DNA of 22,196 nt, from contig JBFMCP010000045.1 of NCBI GenBank assembly GCA_040754455.1, positions 1 through 22,196 on the forward strand, in the 5' to 3' direction. The stretch's first letter is position 1, and the number at the start of each line of letters is the position of its first letter. Below are positions 7,204-15,307 of the stretch, in pieces. The notes beneath the pieces are model-generated. The model worked only from the letters and a program-made list of their open reading frames with translations, was not told where the DNA came from and did no database searches. This DNA is from Nitrospirota bacterium (GTDB lineage Bacteria; Nitrospirota; Thermodesulfovibrionia; Thermodesulfovibrionales; Dissulfurispiraceae). The translations under genes were made by a program, and so were the position numbers.

Positions 7204-8748
7204 TTAAAAAGCATACTCGAAACCGGCAAGATACTGATTCCGCCGGTATTCATAGATAGCAAAATTAGAGTCGGCCTTTGTATGAGAATACTGGAGATTG
7301 AGATTAAGCCCTTTCATGATCTCCCACGTAACGACGGCAGTCCCTGAATAGGTCCTGTCTCTTCGCTTTTTCGGCGTCTCGGGAAAGCCGGGGCCTGTAG
7401 AGGTGTTGGTATTTGTATAATCCTGCAAAAAGGCATCTCCCGATACTGAAAAATCTATCGTGCGGAAGAGCGGCACAAAAACGCTGAGCGTCACCCTGTT
7501 GCCCCTGTTGTCCCAGTTCCTGCCGTCCGTATCTTCAGCGACGAACTCATATCTCATGTTGATTGCCCCGCGACCATCCAGGAACTGATAGAGGTAGCCC
7601 GCCGAGAGACTGTACAGGTTGGCATCCCGGTCTTCATCGGGGTCGTCCGATTGAAACAATTCCCTTTTCGAAAAGCCTGCTGAAAGCTGTCCGGTATGAC
7701 CCGGAGCTATGACCATGCTCAGGATGGGCCTCAGAGAGACAACCCCCATGTACTCACGCTCATGCAGCCAGACGTGATAGTAGCTGACCGGCAGGTATAC
7801 CGCCCCCCGATGAAACGCATAGCCCGGTGTCAGGGTCAGCGACTGCGTGAAAAGATTCAGGGAATTGATCTTCTTGTAAACCGTGCTGTAGACGCTGTAC
7901 TGGGCATTCAGATACCATGGTCCCTCCAGCAACGGGCTGTAGTCTATGCGCAACGAGTTGACCAGTGCACTGTCGCTCCTTCCGCCGCCCCTTCTCACCG
8001 ATTCTGCAAAATCGGGTGAAATGAATGCCAGGGGCTCGGCGATAACGTTATCGTCATACTGATAGGCGGCACTCACGGCAAAGTGCCAGGGCTTGTAGGC
8101 GCTCATGCTCTTCGCAAGGGCCTCCTCATACTCCCGCGCAAAATGGGCAATTTCGGTTGCCGGGTCTGTGGCAATAATGGCACTCAGGGTCTCTCTCGCT
8201 GCTCTCATTCTCCGTTCGTTCACGTAAATCATGGCGATTTGGTAATCAGCCTGCTGCGCAAGGGACGGATCGAGCTCCTTTGCCTTCCGGAAAGATGCTA
8301 CCGCCTCCGCGTTGCTGCTTTCTTTTGCAAGGACAAGTCCTTTTAAATAGGCAACCGTAGAGGGCTGCACCGATTCCTTTTCAGCCCGGGCGATCCATTC
8401 CTTTGCCTCATTGAGCTCATTGGTCTGGTAGAGCACACTAATAAGCTCCGCATAAGCATCAGTAATAGGCGGCGTACGGTTCGCTGCGTCCCTGTATACT
8501 GCTACAGCTCCTTTGTAATCACCTATCTGCTTATAGGCAGCTCCTAGATAGAGAAACGCCGTGTCTGAAGCAGGATCCTGCTTCAGCGCCTTCTTGAACA
8601 GGGCAATAGCCTCGTCGTAATTTTCTGCATTGTACTCCGCGACCCCTTGTTCAAGAACGCCTGCTGCGTATGCCGGAGCAGTGAAAAGGCTGCCCCCCCA
8701 CACTGCGAGAAAGAGGCAAAGAGCTATGGAACAGACACATCTCTGCAT
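7204..8748 (-). CDS. Outer-membrane protein: N-terminal TPR repeats plus C-terminal beta-barrel (Slam/DUF560-like architecture)
   Basis: Signal peptide ending AYA; TPR helices; barrel beginning near YQYDDNV with alternating aromatic strands; BAM-type C-terminus YLAGFEYAF. Start moved to the ATG at 8748 behind a G-rich SD. Family is inferred. Confidence 0.75.
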   Translation of the reverse strand: MQRCVCSIALCLFLAVWGGSLFTAPAYAAGVLEQGVAEYNAENYDEAIALFKKALKQDPASDTAFLYLGAAYKQIGDYKGAVAVYRDAANRTPPITDAYAELISVLYQTNELNEAKEWIARAEKESVQPSTVAYLKGLVLAKESSNAEAVASFRKAKELDPSLAQQADYQIAMIYVNERRMRAARETLSAIIATDPATEIAHFAREYEEALAKSMSAYKPWHFAVSAAYQYDDNVIAEPLAFISPDFAESVRRGGGRSDSALVNSLRIDYSPLLEGPWYLNAQYSVYSTVYKKINSLNLFTQSLTLTPGYAFHRGAVYLPVSYYHVWLHEREYMGVVSLRPILSMVIAPGHTGQLSAGFSKRELFQSDDPDEDRDANLYSLSAGYLYQFLDGRGAINMRYEFVAEDTDGRNWDNRGNRVTLSVFVPLFRTIDFSVSGDAFLQDYTNTNTSTGPGFPETPKKRRDRTYSGTAVVTWEIMKGLNLNLQYSHTKADSNFAIYEYRRNQYLAGFEYAF

Positions 8749-8889
8749 AGAGATCCCCCCTCTGCGTGAAACGTTAAGGCGCGGGAATATTTTGCATTTA
8801 AATGATAAATAAAGCAAATACGATATGCAAGGGAAAAGTACTGGCCGCTTAGTTACGACAATTTGACGTTTTGTGAGCTTTACGACGGC

Positions 8890-10026
8890 TCACGCAGCAT
8901 TGATATAGATCCTTCTGGCCCTGCTGCCGAGAGACAACAGTATTTCATAGGGAATAGTATGTATCCTCTTCGCAAGCTCGGAGGCGTCGATGGATTCATC
9001 GCCCTGTTTCCCCAGCACTGTAACGTCGTCATGCTCGGTTATCCCCTCCACCTCCGTGACATCGATCATCGTCATATCCATACAGACGCGCCCTACTACC
9101 GGGGCTCTCTTCCCCCTGACAAGCACCTCGGCATTGCTCGAAAAGAGGCGGTTAAAACCGTCAGCGTACCCCAGAGAAAGCACGCCGATAAGGCTCTCCC
9201 GCTTTGTTATAAACGTCCTGCCGTAGCTTATGGGGGTCCCCGCGGGCAATTTCCTCAACCCCACCATCCGCGTCTTCACGGTCATGACAGGCTTGAGCCC
9301 GGTGATTGCTGTTGCATATTCTGGCTTCCGGTTCCCGGCTCCTGGCTCCTGAAATGGCGAATAGCCATACAGCATCAGGCCCGGCCTGACCGCGAAAAAG
9401 TGCGACTCAGGGAGCGACAGCACTGCAGCGCTGTTCGCGAGGTGAAAGAATCCGACCTTGAGCCCCCTTGCCGCCAATGCGTGCTGCAGTGTCGTGATGC
9501 GTTCCATCTGCAATCGAGCGAAGGACGCATCAGCGAGGTCCGCTTCGGAGAAGTGGCTCATGATACCCTCGACCGCAATGCCTTCAAGTGCGGCGATCTC
9601 GAGTATCTCCTTCACTGCGTCACCGACGATGCCGAGCCTTCCCATGCCGGTGTCGACTTCGATATGCAGACCGATCGTCCGGTTATTCCGCCGTGCTTCC
9701 TCCGAAAGTGCATATGCAGCCCTTTTATCAGCAACAACAGGGATAAGATTATAAGCGATGACATCTTTTGGATCGGGATCAAAGAGCACCATAAGAGGGG
9801 CGGTGATGCCCGCCTCGCGCAGATCCCGTGCCTCTTGCGTAAAGGCGACCGCCAGGTACTCGACACCGCTCCTGACGAGTTGTCGGGAAACTTCTACTGC
9901 ACCGTGGCCGTAGGCATCCGCCTTTACCACGGCAATCACCGGACGGTGAGGAGCAAGCGCTCTTATGATGCCGAGATTATGGGAAAGGGCAGATACATTT
10001 ATTTCAGCAACCGTTCCTCTGTTCAC
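8890..10026 (-). CDS. alr: Alanine racemase
   Basis: AVVKADAYGHG (PLP Lys), DTGMGRLG, SHF, ANSAA, VRPGLMLYG, ISYG, GYADG, GRVCMD, TIPYE. GTG start. Confidence 0.98.
   Translation of the reverse strand: MNRGTVAEINVSALSHNLGIIRALAPHRPVIAVVKADAYGHGAVEVSRQLVRSGVEYLAVAFTQEARDLREAGITAPLMVLFDPDPKDVIAYNLIPVVADKRAAYALSEEARRNNRTIGLHIEVDTGMGRLGIVGDAVKEILEIAALEGIAVEGIMSHFSEADLADASFARLQMERITTLQHALAARGLKVGFFHLANSAAVLSLPESHFFAVRPGLMLYGYSPFQEPGAGNRKPEYATAITGLKPVMTVKTRMVGLRKLPAGTPISYGRTFITKRESLIGVLSLGYADGFNRLFSSNAEVLVRGKRAPVVGRVCMDMTMIDVTEVEGITEHDDVTVLGKQGDESIDASELAKRIHTIPYEILLSLGSRARRIYINAA
9319..9353. repeat. 7-nt tandem array (5 units) inside alr
   Basis: TTCTGGC TTCCGGT TCCCGGC TCCTGGC TCCTGAA; translated on the minus strand within FQEPGAGNRKPEY. 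Confidence 0.75.
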
Positions 10027-10029
10027 GCC

Positions 10030-10245
10030 CTACACTTTCTTCTCCTCGCCGGACTTCTCTTTTTCATCCGCCACTGTCTTCTTCGCCGGGGTCACGTCGA
10101 TTTCATCGGGCTCGCTGGTCGCCTTCTTGAAATTTCTTATCGCTTTCCCCATGCCGCTCGCAAGCTCAGGCAGCCGCTTGGCTCCGAAGAGCACCAGAAC
10201 GATGACCAGGATGATGATTAACTCCTGCATACCAAGACCAAACAT
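10030..10245 (-). CDS. tatA: Twin-arginine translocase subunit TatA/E
   Basis: [51 protein letters not shown]. Confidence 0.96.
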   Translation of the reverse strand: MFGLGMQELIIILVIVLVLFGAKRLPELASGMGKAIRNFKKATSEPDEIDVTPAKKTVADEKEKSGEEKKV

Positions 10246-10305
10246 GTTTTCCTCCTTAGTGGCTCAGTGCTCACAGCAACAACGCACTCTTTATTTTACT
10301 ACTAA

Positions 10306-10911
10306 TTACGAGCTAGAGGCTATGAGCCTTCCGTAATCTTCAGGCGTATTGATATTGGCGAACGATCTTCCTTCAGGATCGATGCTCCGCACGACGTCCT
10401 CATTGATGAAATGGGTCCTCACCTCGGAGAGCAGCGGCTTCAGCGATGCCTTGTCATTCATCACGCCCTCCTCAAGAAGGACAAGCATCGACTTCGCATA
10501 CACGCCGCAGAGGGGCTGAGGCGCCCCGTTGAAGACAGGAACCACCGCATCACAGGGGCCTGCCGAAGAGCACTCCCGATAACGCTCGACAATCAGGGAG
10601 ACGACATCGGCATTCAGGAAGGGCATATCACAGGCTGCAACAAAGACACTATCGCCCCCGGCATTAAGCAGTGCTGCATGGATGCCCGTCATCGGCCCCC
10701 TCGAGGGGAGCACATCGCCGATCATCGGCGCCCCGAGGCGCGCATACACCTCCGGCGTATTTGTATTTATAAAAACAGTGTTAAACAGACAGCCGAGGAG
10801 GGAGAGGTTCCTCTCAATGATGGTCGTCGGGCCGATCTTGATAAACGCCTTGATCGTAGGGTAACGCCGGTTTGCGCCTCCCGCCAGAATCACCGCGGTC
10901 GTGGGCTTCAT
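10306..10911 (-). CDS. mobA: Molybdenum cofactor guanylyltransferase
   Basis: VILAGG...R...KA, GPMTGI, VAACDMPF, PLCGVY, FANINTPED. Confidence 0.92.
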   Translation of the reverse strand: MKPTTAVILAGGANRRYPTIKAFIKIGPTTIIERNLSLLGCLFNTVFINTNTPEVYARLGAPMIGDVLPSRGPMTGIHAALLNAGGDSVFVAACDMPFLNADVVSLIVERYRECSSAGPCDAVVPVFNGAPQPLCGVYAKSMLVLLEEGVMNDKASLKPLLSEVRTHFINEDVVRSIDPEGRSFANINTPEDYGRLIASSS

Positions 10912-11711
10912 GAAACGATAACCCCTGCGTATCCCACCACATGCTCATAATCGCCGCTCACTTCTCCCGACGTGGCGTACTTCACGAGTCTCGCCTCTCT
11001 TGCTCCGAGCGCCTTTGCCGCAAAAAGCATGATGGTCGAAGGGATCACTCCGCACATCGAAATCCGCTCCTGCGTTACCGTCGCGTAAAGCCCTTCGGGA
11101 TCAAGCCTGAGCACCTCGGCAATGGCAAGATTATCCAGTTTTCGCGCACTGCTGTCAGGCACATAGTGGCTCATATCAGAGCTCGCCACAATGACCGCAT
11201 CAACGCCGGTCTCCTTGATCGCTGCGGCAATGCCTTCACCTATCGTCCTGCATTCCTGCACCGGAGCATACATGAACATAAGAGGAACAATTTTGACGTC
11301 CTGTGCAAAATAGGCGATGAAGGGCAGCTGCACCTCTAGGGAGTGCTCGAAGAGGTGCGCCTGGGGATCTTCGGAGATGCCCGGCACGTTTCTTATGATA
11401 CTCTCCGCCAGCTCTTCATCGATCGGGAAAGTGCCGGTAGGGATCTCCCACTCGCCCGAGCTCATAAGGGACGCATTCTTGCCGATGCCGGTATGGTTCG
11501 GCCCGAGGAGAATGAAGGTCCGGGGAAACCGGATTGCGGAGTAGACTGCGCCGGCGACCGATCCGGAATACATCAATCCCGCATGGGGAGATATAATGCC
11601 GATGGCCTTCTCTTTGGCAGCGCCCTCGAGGATATACTGTTCCACCTGGCTCCGTAGCCGCGAGGCGTTCCCATAGTAGAACTGTCCTGCCACAGCGGGG
11701 GCCCGTTTCAT
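10908..11711 (-). CDS. MEMO1-family protein (AmmeMemoRadiSam system protein B)
   Basis: PAVAGQFY, PHAGLMYSG, LGPNH, EHSLEVQLPF, ASSDMSHY, SMCG, TSGEVSGD...VVGYA. Overlaps both dnaB and mobA. Confidence 0.95.
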   Translation of the reverse strand: MKRAPAVAGQFYYGNASRLRSQVEQYILEGAAKEKAIGIISPHAGLMYSGSVAGAVYSAIRFPRTFILLGPNHTGIGKNASLMSSGEWEIPTGTFPIDEELAESIIRNVPGISEDPQAHLFEHSLEVQLPFIAYFAQDVKIVPLMFMYAPVQECRTIGEGIAAAIKETGVDAVIVASSDMSHYVPDSSARKLDNLAIAEVLRLDPEGLYATVTQERISMCGVIPSTIMLFAAKALGAREARLVKYATSGEVSGDYEHVVGYAGVIVS

Positions 11712-13078
11712 CAGTAGACCTCTTCCTCTGATTCGTACATGGTCGTCGATAAATCGGCAAACCGGGTCATATTCGACTGGAACGAGAGGTTCACGGTCCC
11801 GGTCGGGCCGTTTCTCTGCTTTGCGATAATGACCTCGGCAGTGCCTTTCCTCTGTGTGGCCTTATTATAGACTTCATCTCTATAGAGAAAAAGTATCACG
11901 TCCGCGTCCTGCTCGATAGCTCCTGATTCCCTCAGGTCCGCGAGGGTAGGCTTCCTGTCCCCTCGTTGCTCCACCGCTCTGTTGAGCTGACTCAAGGCAA
12001 TGACCGGGACCCGCAGCTCTTTTGCCAGTGCCTTCAACGACCGGGAGATCTCCGAAATCTCCTGCTCCCTCCGCTCGAAATTTCCCCTGCTTCTCATGAG
12101 CTGGAGATAATCGACGACCACAAGGCTCAGTGCCTTATGCTCCCGCTTCAACCTCCTCGTCTTGGCCCGCACCTCCAGAACCGAAATGGCGGAGGAGTCA
12201 TCAATAAAAATCGGCGCCTCGGCGAGCCTTCCTGCGGCGCTGGTCAGCTTCGGCCAATCTTCCCTGCTCAGAAATCCCTTCCTTACCCGTGAGGAATCGA
12301 CCATGCCCTCGGAGCAGAGCATCCTCATGGCGAGCTGCTCCTTCGACATTTCAAGGCTGAATATGGCCACCGGCTCTTTCTGCTCTACCCCAACATGCTG
12401 AGCGATGTTGAGGGCAAAAGCGGTTTTTCCCATACCCGGCCGGCCGCCGATAATGATGAGATCGCCGGGCTGAAAGCCCGAGGTCATTTCATCGAGGTCC
12501 TTGAATCCCGTCGGAGTACCGGTGATCGCCTCTTTTTTATCATAGAGATGTTCGATCATCTTGATCGAATCCTTGACCACGCTATCCATGCTCGCAAAGG
12601 ATGTCTTGGTCCTCCTTTCTGCAATATCGAAGATCATATGCTCCGCCTGATCCACCATTTCATCAGCATCAAGACTGTCTTCGTAGACCTTTGCCGTGAT
12701 CTGCGTTGCCGTCTGGATCAGCGCCCTGAGCAGCGCCTTCTCCCTGACGATTCTCGCGTGGTACCGTATGTTCGCCGAGGTAGGAATGCTGTTTGCCAGA
12801 TTCGAGAGATACGCTACTCCCCCGACAGCATCAAGATCGTTAACCTTTTTCAGGTGGTCCGTTAAGGTGATGATATCGATCGGCTCGTTCTTTTCAAAAA
12901 GGTCGAGCATGGCGTTGTACAAACGGCGATGGGACTCTTTGTAAAAGTCATCAGGGGTGAGTATTTCAAGCGCCTTGGGCAGCGCTTCATTATCAAAGAG
13001 GATGGCGCCGAGGACCGACTGCTCGGCCTCGATATTCTGCGGGGGGAGCTTATCGATGCTCACCTCATTCTCTCTCAC
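11711..13078 (-). CDS. dnaB: Replicative DNA helicase
   Basis: PPQNIEAEQSVLG, GRPGMGKT, SLEM, VVDYLQLM, LSQLNR, DLRESGAIEQDAD, KQRNGP. GTG start with GGAGG. No intein. Confidence 0.98.
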   Translation of the reverse strand: MRENEVSIDKLPPQNIEAEQSVLGAILFDNEALPKALEILTPDDFYKESHRRLYNAMLDLFEKNEPIDIITLTDHLKKVNDLDAVGGVAYLSNLANSIPTSANIRYHARIVREKALLRALIQTATQITAKVYEDSLDADEMVDQAEHMIFDIAERRTKTSFASMDSVVKDSIKMIEHLYDKKEAITGTPTGFKDLDEMTSGFQPGDLIIIGGRPGMGKTAFALNIAQHVGVEQKEPVAIFSLEMSKEQLAMRMLCSEGMVDSSRVRKGFLSREDWPKLTSAAGRLAEAPIFIDDSSAISVLEVRAKTRRLKREHKALSLVVVDYLQLMRSRGNFERREQEISEISRSLKALAKELRVPVIALSQLNRAVEQRGDRKPTLADLRESGAIEQDADVILFLYRDEVYNKATQRKGTAEVIIAKQRNGPTGTVNLSFQSNMTRFADLSTTMYESEEEVY

Positions 13079-13096
13079 AACGACCTCCTCACTTCA

Positions 13097-13149
13097 GAAA
13101 ACAAATATGGCAGGTATGTAATGCTTCAGCAGCATATCCTACCTGCCAT
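13097..13149 (-). terminator. Hairpin between rplI and dnaB (terminator/attenuator-like)
   Basis: Perfect 10-bp stem ATGGCAGGTA/TACCTGCCAT (13107-13116/13140-13149) with an inner ATGCT/AGCAT helix, followed on the minus strand by ATTTGTTTT. Confidence 0.6.
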
Positions 13150-13169
13150 TTTATACCTAATAAATTAAA

Positions 13170-13616
13170 TTAATCTACTTTTTCGACCTGAACGGTCAGC
13201 TGGGCGGAAACCTCGGGATGGATCTTGATGCTTACAGTGTAGGAGCCCAGCCTCTTGATGGGGTCATCCAGCACGATCTTCTTCCGGTCGATATCAAAGC
13301 CCTCCTTCTTCAGAGCCTCGGCAATATCCATGGAGGTGACAGAGCCGAAGAGCTTGTCCTCTTCCCCAGCCTTCGCCTTAATGGTGACCGTCTTCCCCGA
13401 GAGCTTCGACGCCAGCTCGTCTGCACCTGCTTTTGCCTTTTTGACCAGTTCCTGTATCTTTCTCCTCTCGTGCTCCAAGGCCTTTATGTTTTTCGGGTTC
13501 GCCTCAACAGCGAGTCCTCTCGGGATAAGAAAGTTCCTGGCATAGCCGTCCTTTACCGAGAGCATTTCTCCGATATGCCCAAGGTCTTTGACGTCCTCTT
13601 TAAGAATAACCTTCAT
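13170..13616 (-). CDS. rplI: 50S ribosomal protein L9
   Basis: [13 protein letters not shown]...[24 protein letters not shown]. Confidence 0.98.
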   Translation of the reverse strand: MKVILKEDVKDLGHIGEMLSVKDGYARNFLIPRGLAVEANPKNIKALEHERRKIQELVKKAKAGADELASKLSGKTVTIKAKAGEEDKLFGSVTSMDIAEALKKEGFDIDRKKIVLDDPIKRLGSYTVSIKIHPEVSAQLTVQVEKVD

Positions 13617-13730
13617 ATAAAAAATCTCCTTTCAATACAGTTTCCTACTAGTATAAACCATTACGCAAAAAAATGGAAAAGGCGAATGGGAACAATCAGA
13701 TGGACGGGCAGGCGCAGGGCTGGTGGGATC

Positions 13731-14396
13731 TCAGCGCTTCCCGGGCAGCCAGAGCCGTATGCTCGATAGGCCGATCAGAAAGCCGCCGAGGTGCGCAAAC
13801 CAGGCGGTATTACTGTTTTTTATAAGGAAGAGGCTTATGATCCCGCCGTAGAACTGCCAGGACGCCCAGGCTCCGATGATCAGGAAGGCAGGAATCCTTA
13901 TTGTTCTTTTATAGAATCCCAGAAACAGGAGGGAATGGACTTTTGCCTGTGGATATAATGAGATATACGCTCCGATGATACCTGATACCGCTCCGCTCGC
14001 GCCAACGAGAGGTCGCAGGGAGTGGGGTGCGGTGGCCGCATAGATATAGACGGCGCAGGCCCCGCAGAAAAGGTAAAAAAAGAGAAAGCGGAGATGCCCC
14101 AGATCCTCCTCGATCTTGTGGCTGAATATCCAGAGATACCCCATATTGACAGCGAGATGAAGAAAGCCGCTGTGCATGAAGAGTGAAAGAAAGACCGTGG
14201 CCAACGGTGGTACCGGCTGCCCGGTCCTATGGTGGAGAAGGGCATCGGGAATCGCGCCATACGCAAGGAACGCCTCTCTCCCCCCCTGAGCGAAGAGCAA
14301 AAGGTGGAGAAATACATAACTATTAACAGCAATAATGAGCAGCGTAACCGCAGGAACCGCTTTGAACGGGTGGTCGTCTTTATAGGGAAACAGCAT
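13731..14396 (-). CDS. Rhomboid-family intramembrane serine protease
   Basis: FMHSGFLHLAVNM, GASGAVSG (catalytic Ser), AWFAHLGGF (catalytic His). Start moved to the ATG at 14396 (MLFPYKDDHP), which fits the usual N-terminus of this subfamily. Confidence 0.93.
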   Translation of the reverse strand: MLFPYKDDHPFKAVPAVTLLIIAVNSYVFLHLLLFAQGGREAFLAYGAIPDALLHHRTGQPVPPLATVFLSLFMHSGFLHLAVNMGYLWIFSHKIEEDLGHLRFLFFYLFCGACAVYIYAATAPHSLRPLVGASGAVSGIIGAYISLYPQAKVHSLLFLGFYKRTIRIPAFLIIGAWASWQFYGGIISLFLIKNSNTAWFAHLGGFLIGLSSIRLWLPGKR

Positions 14397-14401
14397 ATGA
14401 G

Positions 14402-14430
14402 AGATTACCCATCCCACTGTTTCCTGTCAA
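14402..14430 (-). promoter_or_regulatory. Sigma70-type promoter of the rhomboid gene (probably leaderless)
   Basis: TTGACA (14430-14425), 17 nt, TAATCT (14407-14402), 5 nt, ATG. No SD. Confidence 0.75.
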
Positions 14431-14479
14431 GGTCTACAGGGCAGATTAAACGTTAACTCTTATCAGGACGAGATCTGCG

Positions 14480-14637
14480 GAGGCAGGGAGGGGTACGGAA
14501 AGGAGCTTTCTCGCGCATCCTTAGATTCCACAAGCGAAGCAAACTCTGATCCCAGCTTTCTTTTAATAAAGAAGTGATGCAGATCTATTCCAATAAATGC
14601 GCATGTGAAAGCTCCTTGGAGTGCCTCTCCCTGCCTT
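14480..14637 (+). ncRNA. Candidate structured non-coding RNA (158-nt rod); family unknown, 6S-like proportions
   Basis: Three nested helices: 14480-14496/14621-14637 (17 bp, 3 G-U), 14500-14510/14607-14617 (11 bp, perfect) and 14513-14518/14597-14602 (6 bp), then an asymmetric bubble and an apical hairpin. Mismatches resolve as G-U only on the + strand. Confidence 0.5.
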
Positions 14638-14801
14638 AACACAAACACGTAAATTCTGGAGGGTCAGAATAAGCAAGCCCTGCCAACTTTTCCTCATTTT
14701 AGGACATTTTTCCCCTCGGGCATAGGAATATCTTCCGATTGTTGCAAAAGTCGAAATTGTATAAGCTTAAATCAAGAAAAGAAGAAAGGAAGGTGATCGC
14801 A

Positions 14802-15176
14802 ATGTTACGGTACTACGGAGGAGAAAAGGTTGCAAAGGGGACGTACTGGAACTTTTCAACAGGACAGAGGATGACAGTGGCAGCCGGTGAAGTGCTTCCC
14901 GGAGATAAGGAGACGGTCTTTTACAGGATCTCTCCACTCGGGATACTCGTCATCGGCCCCCTGCTCGGGCTGGTCTATGCAGCGTTCCTGCCCTTTATCG
15001 GCATCGCCATGATGGTGAAGCTGATAGGACAGAAGGCCTTCGGCGGCGCTTTCGAAGCCCTGCGCGCCGGCGCATCCTTCGGCTGGAGGCCCAAAGAGGC
15101 ATACCTGGCCGGCAAGAAGAAAAAAGGGAGAGACGGCAAGAAAGACAGCGATGCAAAAACAACCAAAACAGATTAG
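14802..15176 (+). CDS. Small hypothetical membrane protein (124 aa) heading the cytochrome cluster
   Basis: SD GGAAGGTGAT before the ATG at 14802; soluble N-terminus, central hydrophobic segment (GILVIGPLLGLVYAAFLPFIGIAMMV) and basic tail. Confidence 0.8.
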   Translation: MLRYYGGEKVAKGTYWNFSTGQRMTVAAGEVLPGDKETVFYRISPLGILVIGPLLGLVYAAFLPFIGIAMMVKLIGQKAFGGAFEALRAGASFGWRPKEAYLAGKKKKGRDGKKDSDAKTTKTD

Positions 15177-15307
15177 TAAGTGATGGGCACAAAACAGAAA
15201 CAGTACTGTATGAAATAACGCACGGTCTTGAAAGAGAGGTGATGAACAGCAAAGGATGGAAGTTGCAAACAGATATCTATAAACGTCAATTGATAAGGAG
15301 GAAATGA

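Noticed and set aside
8863..10221. 452-aa + strand ORF
   Set aside because: Antisense shadow of alr/tatA with no recognisable motifs. The same applies to the other antisense ORFs over housekeeping genes.
11711..13078. Possible intein in dnaB
   Set aside because: 455 aa is normal length and all helicase motifs are contiguous.
14463..14648. 61-aa minus-strand ORF over the long hairpin (possible type I toxin)
   Set aside because: No SD, no clear TM helix, and the G-U pattern favours a + strand RNA rather than this mRNA.
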